From Octopus sinensis (taxonomy: Eukaryota): a stretch of 64,000 bases of DNA. The translations under genes and the position numbers were made by a program. The notes below the pieces were generated by a model, which did not search any database, was not told the DNA's origin, and saw only the letters and a list, made by a program, of their open reading frames with translations. Shown in pieces: positions 11,495 through 20,348 of the stretch (position 1 is the first letter of the stretch; every line of letters starts with the position of its first letter). Location of the stretch: contig NC_043011.1 in assembly GCF_006345805.1 (NCBI RefSeq), forward strand, positions 29,276,464 through 29,340,463, in the 5' to 3' direction.

Positions 11495-12904
11495 ATGGCG
11501 ACTTACGCGGGGGTCACGGGAAAAGGAAAAAATAATGATTCGTCGATAATCGTGAAGGATGTTTTCTTTGAGAAGAGTAAACTCAAAGAATACGAAAAGC
11601 TATTCAAAAGGGAGGGTGATAGCGTGAAGCTAATCCCCCCCGCGAAAGCAAAAGAGGACAAAGAAAACAAGACTGTAACATATAGAACCCAAGACAAAAA
11701 TACAAAGAAACTGGCAAGAGTGGAGATAGCAGAAATCGAAAAATGTCTGGGAGACATAATGGGGAAATCGACCTACGTGAGTAGAGGCAAGAAATTTGGT
11801 ACGGTGGAGGTGAGATGTGCAACGGAAGAAATTGCAGCCTCACTGGCTACCACTGTACTAAGAGCGGAAACATTTATAATGTGGCCCTCATACAAGGGAA
11901 GAAGAGGGGTCCGGGTTAAAATCCCGAATATACCCCCAGAAGTGAAAACAGAATGGCTGGCAACAGCTATTCTAGGAGCAGCAGAAGAGGAAGTGGAGGT
12001 GGAATCCTTTAAGGAGTCCAACGCGATAAACTGGAGAGGATATGGGGTAGAACTGTGTTTGATGGCCACAAAAGAGGACATTGAAAGGTTCCCCTACAGA
12101 ATAGAAATTGAAGATGAGAAAACCCTCAGTGTAATTGTAGAGGGAAGAAAGCCAAACTGCTACTTGTGCGGGACAAGGGGGCACATTAAAAAAGAGTGCC
12201 CGTTATACGAATTCGTAGCGGAGTGCGAGAAGGAACTTGAAGAAAAGAAGAATACGGTAAATGAAAAAGAAAACATAGAAAAGGAAACAAAACAACAAGA
12301 GAAAGGAAATAATAAGTCAATGAAGGAAAAAGAAATAAAAGAAAAGAAAGAAACAGAACCAAAACAGAGTCAGGAAAAGAAAAAGGAAAAAGAAACAACA
12401 GGAAAGAAACAAGAGAGAGATCAGAATCAAACGAAAAGAAAAAACGGCACACAAAAAGAAAAAGAAAAGGAACATAAAACACGAGAGAAAGAGAGAACAG
12501 ACAAAGAACCAAAAAGACAAGAGAAGGAAGAAGAAAGAAAAGAAGGCAAAAAGAGAGAAAGAGAGAAACAAAGAGAGGAGAACAAGGAAGAAATAAGCCC
12601 GAAAAGAAAAACGAGGGAAAACGTAGGACGGAAACAAGATTACTGCTTCTACAAGTTAGTAACCTTCCATTTCTGCCCCGAAACGAAAGAATTGACAAGT
12701 AGTACGGAGGGACATATATGGGTCAACAGGATGACCGATCAGTGGCAGGAGACTGCTCTAATCCCCGAAGAAAGAGTCGCTGAGTTCCTCAGAGCTGCCG
12801 GAGAGAGTGTAACGTTTTACACGAGTGTTCGAGTGAGAGAGCGGCTGCCTGAGGGCTCAGTGATTGACTTTAGAGAATTGAAAACTATTATGGAATACGT
12901 ATAG
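11495..12904 (+). CDS. Unit A1: intact 469-aa ORF1p/ZCCHC3-like protein (RRM-like core, CCHC zinc knuckle, K/E-rich linker, unassigned C-terminal domain)
   Basis: Open frame. CYLCGTRGHIKKEC is C-X2-C-X4-H-X4-C at 12158-12199. It is preceded by YKGRRGVRVKIPNIP...FPYRIEI...VIVEG, a pattern I associate with L1/Tx1-group ORF1p. Homologous to four other copies. Confidence 0.85.
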   Translation: MATYAGVTGKGKNNDSSIIVKDVFFEKSKLKEYEKLFKREGDSVKLIPPAKAKEDKENKTVTYRTQDKNTKKLARVEIAEIEKCLGDIMGKSTYVSRGKKFGTVEVRCATEEIAASLATTVLRAETFIMWPSYKGRRGVRVKIPNIPPEVKTEWLATAILGAAEEEVEVESFKESNAINWRGYGVELCLMATKEDIERFPYRIEIEDEKTLSVIVEGRKPNCYLCGTRGHIKKECPLYEFVAECEKELEEKKNTVNEKENIEKETKQQEKGNNKSMKEKEIKEKKETEPKQSQEKKKEKETTGKKQERDQNQTKRKNGTQKEKEKEHKTREKERTDKEPKRQEKEEERKEGKKREREKQREENKEEISPKRKTRENVGRKQDYCFYKLVTFHFCPETKELTSSTEGHIWVNRMTDQWQETALIPEERVAEFLRAAGESVTFYTSVRVRERLPEGSVIDFRELKTIMEYV

Positions 12905-13295
12905 AATTGTGAGAAGAGAGAGAAGAAAGAAGAGAAAAAAGAAAATACTGTGAACTATATGTGACGAAAATGTAACCTCTCGATTCCGGGGATCGAGTGG
13001 GCATTTACATCTCATTGTAAATATTCTTTCATATGTCATTTTTTACTTTTATTTTTTCCTTTTCTTGTCATTTGCTTTTTTATTTTAAGTTCCCCGATTG
13101 TACTGTCCCATCTATGTTCGCCCCTTGTGGGTAGTAATAAAATCACATGGAGGAAATTTACCCAAGTGTGTTGTGAGTTATTTTATATGTGAAAATTGGA
13201 AAAAGACTGTTAAAAATTGTCAAAAAGTTGAATCGCGCGAGGCGTTGCCGCTGCGTGTTTGAACCTTTTATAGAAGGTGTGTCGACCCTCAAGTC

Positions 13296-14790
13296 ATGGA
13301 GACTTACGCGGGGGTCGCCACAACAAAAAGTGACGAGTCACTTAGAATAAAAGAAGTGGTCTTTAGAAAAGAACAATTGAAGGAATACGAGAGAAGTTCG
13401 TCAAAAGGGAGGGTGACAGCGTGAAGTGGTCCCGCCTGTGGAGGAAACAATAGAAGAGAAAAATAACAAGACGATAACGTATAGAACGCAAGATAGAAAA
13501 AAGAGAGAAACTGGTGAGAGTGACGATTGAAGAAATAGAGAAATGTCTGGGGGATATCATGAAAAAAGCGACTTTTGTGGACAGAGGAAAGAAATATGGT
13601 ACGGTGGAGGTGAGATGCGCAACAAAGGAAGTGGGCGGCCTCATTGGCTTCCACTGTCCTGAAAGCGGAAAATTTCACCATGTGGCCGACGTATAAAGGA
13701 ATACGAGGGGTACGGGTAAGAGTCCCAAAGGTGCCCCCAAATATTAAAACAGAAATGCTGGTAACAGCCATTATTGGGGCAGCAAAAGAGGAAGTAGAAA
13801 TAGGGTCAATTAAGGAGACGAACGTTGTAAATTGGAAGGGATTCGGAGTAGAGTTGTGGCTGATGGCCACAATGGAAGACATCGAAAGATTTCCCTTCCA
13901 AATAGAAATAGAAAACGAAAAAACAATTAGTGTAATAGTGGAAGGAAGAAAACCGAATTGCTACTGTGCGGTTCAAGAGGGCACAAAAAAGGAATGTCCG
14001 CTGTATGAATTCACAGCGGAGCAAAAAGAGACACCACAAAGTGGAGAGAAGGAAAACGAACACGAAGAAAAGAACAGCGAAAACAAGGAAAAGGAAATAA
14101 CGGAGAGAAAAACAAGCGAAGGGGGGAAAGTAACAGCGCACTGAAGGAAAATGAAAACAAAGGGAAGAAGATAGTAGAAAAGGAGCAAAACTCACAGGGT
14201 GCAGAAGTAGAGGAGAAGGAGCCAAGGCAGAAGCAAGAGAAAGAAGAGGAAAGTACATTAAAGGAAAGAGAAAAAGCAGGAAAAAGAACAAGAGAAGGAA
14301 CAGAACCAAGAGAAAGGAAAAGATGGTATGCAAAAAGGAAGAAACAACAGGAAAGGAACTTAAGGCCAGGGTAGAGAGACGGCAGACAAAGAGCCAAAAA
14401 GACAAGAGAAGGAAAAAGAAAGAAGAGAAAGCAAAAAGAGAGAAAGAGAGAAACCGAGGGAGGAGAAAAAGAGGAAGGAAGTAATCCTAAGAAGAAACTA
14501 GAGGAGAAAACGTAGGTACGAATAGAAAATTCAAATACTATGGAACGTTGATCCATCACAAGCACTGTGAGGAGATGGAAGATTTAATAAGCGAAACAAA
14601 CGGATATACGTGGGTCAGGATGGGCACCGAATGGAAAGAAAACAGGTGCACTCGTCCACGAGAACGACGCCGAGGCGTTCATCGAGGCAGCTGGCGAGAA
14701 CGTGTTAAAACATATGAAATGCCGACTTACAAGGTGGCCTCGAACGATGGAAGTTACTCAGATTTGGTAGACATAATGGAGAGTATATAA
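13296..14790 (+). pseudogene. Unit B1: frameshifted paralog of the ORF1p-like gene (or indel assembly errors)
   Basis: Starts METYAGVATTKS; fragments RVTIEEIEKCLGDIMKKATFVDRGKKYGTVEVRCAT, WPTYKG..GVRVRVPKVPP and HKHCEEMEDLISETNGYTWVRM lie in different frames. Confidence 0.8.
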
Positions 14791-15223
14791 AAGAAAAGGT
14801 TATTGTGAAAACTTTAATTTGGAAATGATAAAAAGAACTTTAAATTCGGAAAAAAAAAAAAAGAAATGTTGAACTTTGTAAACTTTTGAAATGTATGTTG
14901 AAAATGTATAAAATGTTTTATTTGGAAAAATTGTTGACGAATAAAAATAAATGACGAAATGTAACCGCTCGATTTCGGGGATCGAGTGGGCATTGCACCA
15001 CATTGTACAAACTTCATATTATTTTATTTTCCCGATTGTATTGTCCCATCTATGTATCCCCTAGTGGGTAATAATAAAACAACATGGAGGAAATCTACCC
15101 ACGTGTGTTGCTATCTGTGACTAGACAGTGAAATTTTGTTCTGTGTAAAGTGATTAATATCGCGCGAGGCGTTTGCCTCTACGTGTGGAAACCTTCCGAA
15201 GAAGGTGAATTGACCCTCTAGTC

Positions 15224-16627
15224 ATGGCGACTTACGCGGGGGTCACGGGAAAGAAAAATAATGATTCGTCGATAATCGTGAAGGATGTTTTCTTTGAGAA
15301 GAGTAAACTCAAAGAATATGAAAAGCTATTCAAAAGGGAGGGTGATAGCGTGAAGCTAATCCCCCCCGCGAAAGCAAAAGAGGACAAAGAAAACAAAACG
15401 GTAACATATAGAACCCAAGACAAAAATACAAAAAAACTGGCAGAGTGAGTGGAGATAGCAGAAATCGAAAAATGTCTGGGAGACATAATGGGGAAATCGA
15501 CCTACGTGAGTAGAGCAGGAAGAAATTTTGGTACGGTGGAGGTGAGATGTGCAACGGAAGAAATTGCAGCCTCACTGGCTACCACTGTACTAAGAGCGGA
15601 AACATTTATAATGTGGCCCTCATACAAGGGAAGAAGAGGGGTCCGGGTTAAAATCCCGAATATACCCCCAGAAGTGAAAACAGAATGGCTGGCAACAGCT
15701 ATTCTAGGAGCAGCAGAAGAGGAAGTGGAGGTGGAATCCTTTAAGGAGTCCAACGCGGTAAACTGGAGAGGATATGGGGTAGAACTGTGTTTGATGGCCA
15801 CAAAAGAGGACATTGAAAAGTTCCCCTACAGAATAGAAATTGAAGATGAGAAAACCCTCAGTGTAATTGTAGAGGGAAGAAAGCCAAACTGCTACTTGTG
15901 CGGAACAAGGGGGCATATTAAAAAAGAGTGCTCGTTATACGAATTCGTAGCGGAGTACGAGCAGGAACTTGAAGAAAAGAAGAATACGGTAAATGAAAAA
16001 GAAAACATAGAAAAGGAAACAAAACAACAAGAGAAAGGAATAATAAGTCAATGAAGGAAAAAGAAATAAAAGAAAAGAAAGAAATAGAACCAAAATAGAG
16101 TCAGGAAAAAAAAAGGAAAAGAAACAACAGGAAAAAACAAGGAGAGATCAGAATCAAACGAAAAGAAAGACGGCACACAAAAGGAAAAAGAAAAGGAACA
16201 TAAAACACGAGAGAAAGAGAGAACAGACAAAGAACCAAAAAGACAAGAGAAGGAAGAAGAAAGAAAAGAAGGCAAAAAGAGAGAAAGAGACAACAAAGAG
16301 AGGAGAACAAGGAATAAATAAGCCCGAAAAGAAAAACGAGGAAAACGTAGGACGGAACAAGATTACTGCTTCTACAAGTTAGTAACCTTCCATTTCTGCC
16401 CTGAAACGAAAGAATTGACAAGTAGTACGGAGGGACATATATGGGTCAACAGGATGACCGATCAGTGGCAGGAGACTGCTCTAATCCCCGAAGGAAGAGT
16501 CGCTGAGTTCCTCAGAGCTGCCGGAGAGAGTGTAACGTTTTACACGAGTGTTCGAGTGAGAGAGCGGCTGCCTGAGGGCTCAGTGATTGACTTTAGAGAA
16601 TTGAAAACTATTATGGAATACGTATAG
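15224..16627 (+). pseudogene. Unit A2: near-identical copy of A1 with small indels
   Basis: Track ORFs 15224-15448, 15449-16054 and 16415-16627 match consecutive parts of the A1 protein. Confidence 0.8.
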
Positions 16628-17020
16628 AATTGTGAGAAGAGAGAGAAGAAAGAAGAGAAAAAAGAAAATATTGTGAACTATATGTGACGAAAATGTAACC
16701 TCTCGATTCCGGGGATCGAGTGGGCATTTACATCTCATTGTAAATATTCTTTCATGTGTCATTTTTTACTTTTATTTTTTCCTTTTCTTGTCATTCGCTT
16801 TCTTATTTTAAGTTCCCCGATTGTATTGTCCCCTCTATGTTCGCCCCTTGTGGGTAATAATAAAATCACATGGAGGAAATCTACCCACGTGTGTTGTGAG
16901 TTATTTTGTATGTGAAAATTGGAAAAAAAACTGTTAAAAATTGTCAAAAAATTGAATCGCGCGAGGCGTTTGCCGCTACGTGTTTGAACCTTTTATAGAA
17001 GGTGTGTCGACCCTCAAGTC

Positions 17021-18490
17021 ATGGAGACTTACGCGGGGGTCGCCACAACAAAAAGTGACGAGTCACTTAGAATAAAAGAAGTGTTCTTTAGAAAAGAACA
17101 ATTGAAGGAATAAGAAGTTCGTCAAAAGGGAGGGTGACAGCGTGAAGCTGGTCCCGCCTGTGGAAACAATAGAAGAGAAAAATAACATGACGATAACGTA
17201 TAGAACGCAAGATAGAAACACGAGAAAACTGGTGAGAGTGACGATTGAAGAAATAGAGAAATGTCTGGGGGACATCATGAAAAAAGCGACTTTTGTAGAC
17301 AGAGGAAAGAAATATGGTACGGTGGAGGTGAGATGCGCAACAAAGGAAGTGGCGGCCTCATTGGCTTCCACTGTCCTGAAAGCGGAAAATTTCACCATGT
17401 GGCCGACGTATAAAGGAAGACGAGGGGTACGGGTAAGAGTCCCAAAGGTGCCCCCAAATATTAAAACAGAAATGCTGGTAACAGCCATTATTGGGGCAGC
17501 AAAAGAGGAAGTAGAAATAGGGTCAATTAAGGAGACGAACGTTGTAAATTGGAAGGGATTCGGAGTAGAGTTGTGGCTGATGGCCACAATGGAAGACATC
17601 GAAAGATTTCCCTCCAAATAGAAATAGAAAACGAAAAACAATTAGTGTAATAGTGGAAGGCAGAAAACCGAATTGCTACCTGTGCGGTTCAAGAGGGCAC
17701 ATAAAAAAGGAATGTCCGCTGTATGAATTCACAGCGGAGCAAAAGAGACACAAAGTGGAGAGAAGGAAAACGAACACGAAGGAAAGAACAGCGAAAACAA
17801 GGAAAAGGAAATAACGGAGAAACAAGAGAAGGAAGTAACAGCGCACTGAAGGAAAATGAAAACAAAGGGAAGAAGATAGTAGAAAAGAGCAAAATTCACA
17901 GGGTGCAGAAGTAGAGGAGAAGGAGCCAAGGCAGAAGCAAGAGAAAGAAAAGGAAAGTACATTAAAGGAAAGAGAAAAAGCAGGAAAAGAACAGAGAAGG
18001 AACAGAACCAAGAGAAAGGAAAAGATGGTATGCAAAAAGGAAAAGAAACAACAGGAAAGGAACTTAAGGCACAGGTAGAGAGACGGCAGACAAAGAGCCA
18101 AAAAGACAAGAGAAGGAAAAAGAAAGAAGAGAAAGCAAAAAGAGAGAAAGAGAGAAACCGAGGGAGGAGAAAAAAGAGGAAGTAAGTCCTAAGAGAAAAA
18201 CTAGAGAAAACGTAGGTACGAATAGAAAATTCAAATACTATGGAACGTTGATCCATCACAAGCACTGTGAGGAAATGGAAGATTTAATAAGCGAAACAAA
18301 CGGATATACGTGGGTCATGATGGGCACCGAATGGAAAGAAACAGCTGCACTCGTCCACGAGAACGACGCCGAGGCGTTCATCGAGGCAGCTGGCGAGAAC
18401 GTGTTAAAACATATGAAATGCCGACTTACAAGGTGGCCTCGAACGATGGAAGTTTACTCAGATTTGGTAGACATAATGGAGTATATATAA
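17021..18490 (+). pseudogene. Unit B2: near-identical copy of B1 with different small indels
   Basis: ATG at 17021 in the same GACCCTCAAGTCATGG context; ORFs 17142-17621 and 18248-18490 match B1. Confidence 0.8.
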
Positions 18491-18916
18491 AAGAAAAGGT
18501 ATTGTGAAAACTTAAATTTGGAAATGATAAAAAGAACTTTAAATTCGGAAAAAAAAAAGAAATGTTGAACTTTGTAAAACTTTTGAAATGTATGTTGAAA
18601 ATGTATAAAATGTTTTATTTGGAAAATATTGATGACGAATAAAAATAAATGACGAAATGTAACCGCTCGATTTCGGGGATCGAGTGGGCATTGCACCACA
18701 TTGTACAAACTTCATAATTCATTATTCATTTTCCCGATTGTATTGTCCCATCTATGTAGCCCCTAGTGGGTAATAATAAAACAACATGGAGGAAATCAAT
18801 TTGCGTGTGTTAAGTAATTGATAGTTTTGTAGATAGAAATTGAAATTTGAATCGCGCGAGGCATTTGCCGCTGCGCGTTAGAAACTTTTTGTAGAAAGTG
18901 CGCCGACCCTCAAGTC

Positions 18917-20348
18917 ATGGAGACTTACGCGGAGGTCGCCGCAATGAAAAGCGATATGCCGCTGACAGTAAGAGAGGTGTTCTTTAAAAAACAACAGCTT
19001 GAGGAATTTGAGAAATTCATTGAAAGGGAGGATGACAGAGTGAAGCTGGTCCCCCCTGTTGAAGCAAAGGAGGAAAAAGAGGACAAAACTATAATCTATA
19101 GGACACAGGACACGACCACAAGAAAGCTATCGAGAATAGCGATAGAAGACATAGAAAAATGTCTGGACGACGTTATGAAAAAGGCTACCTTTGTATGCAG
19201 AGGCAGAAAATATGGTACGGTGGAGGTGAGGTATGCAACAAAAGAAGTTGCGGCCTCACAAGCTACCACCGTACTCAGAGGCGAAAACTTCGTCATGTGG
19301 CCTACCTACAAGGGGAAAAGAGGGGTGCGGGTTAAAATCCCAAACATAACCCCAGATTTAAAAACAGAATGGCTGGTAACAGCCATCCTAGGATCAGCAG
19401 AAGAAGGTATAGAAATTGGATCGATAAAAGAGACCAGCATAGTGAAATGGAAGGGATTCGGAATAGAGATGTGGCTGACAGCCACAAACAGAGATATAGA
19501 CCGAATTCCCTTCCAAATAGAAGTAGAAGATGGTAGACCCCTCTGCGTAATAGTTGAGGGGACGAAGCCCAACTGTTATCTATGTGGGACAAGAGGTCAT
19601 ATTAAAAAAGAATGTCTGCTTTACGAATTTGTGGCGGAGTGTGAAAGAGCAGAGGAAAACAGAAAAGAGAAAGAAAAAGAACCCGAAGAAGGGAACAATA
19701 CTCTAAAGGAGAAAGAAAGCAAGGAAAAGGAAACAACGGTAAAAGGAAATAACAATACACAGAAGGAAAATGAAGGCAAAGAGAAGGAATTAATAGAAAA
19801 AGAACAAAAGTCACAGGTAATAGAGAAAGAAAAAGAAAGTAAAATAAAGGAAAGTGAAAAAACAGGAAAAAACAAGTGAAGGAACAGAACCAAGAGAAAG
19901 GAAAGGCTACTACACAAAAAGAAAAAGAAAAAACAGGAAAAGAACATACGACAGACAAAGAACCAAAAAGACAAGAGAAGGAAAAAGAAAAGGAAAGCAA
20001 AAAGAGAGAAAGAGAAAAACCGAGAGAGGGAAGTAAAGAAGAAGTAAGCCCGAAGAGGAAAACCAAAGAAAACATAGGGTCAAATAGAAGATACAAATTT
20101 TACGGAACATTGGTACAATATAAACACTGTGGCGAAATGGAAGAACTTATAAGTGAAACGGAAGGATATTCATGGGTCAGGATGGGCACGGAGTGGAAGG
20201 AAACGGGTGCACTGATCCATGAAGACAACGCCGAGGCATTTATCAAAGCCGCTGAACGAATGTAACAACAAATGAAGTGCCGACTACTAAGGTACCCAAA
20301 AGAAATGGAAAACTATAATGACCTAAAAAGGTAATGGAGATAATTTAA
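18917..20348 (+). pseudogene. Unit C: third paralog, 320-aa open 5' part, then small frameshifts
   Basis: ORF 18917-19879 includes the knuckle CYLCGTRGHIKKEC. One extra A in the run near 19870 would join it to ORF 19876-20265. The homologous C-terminus (MKCRLLRYPKEMENYNDL..VMEII*) ends at 20348. Confidence 0.8.

Noticed and set aside
12186-12698. Long antisense F/L/S-rich ORFs over the array (also 13806-14565, 16048-16421, 17676-18265, 19602-20110)
   Set aside because: They are a by-product of the polypurine linker, whose complement rarely forms stop codons; their frames are not conserved between units.
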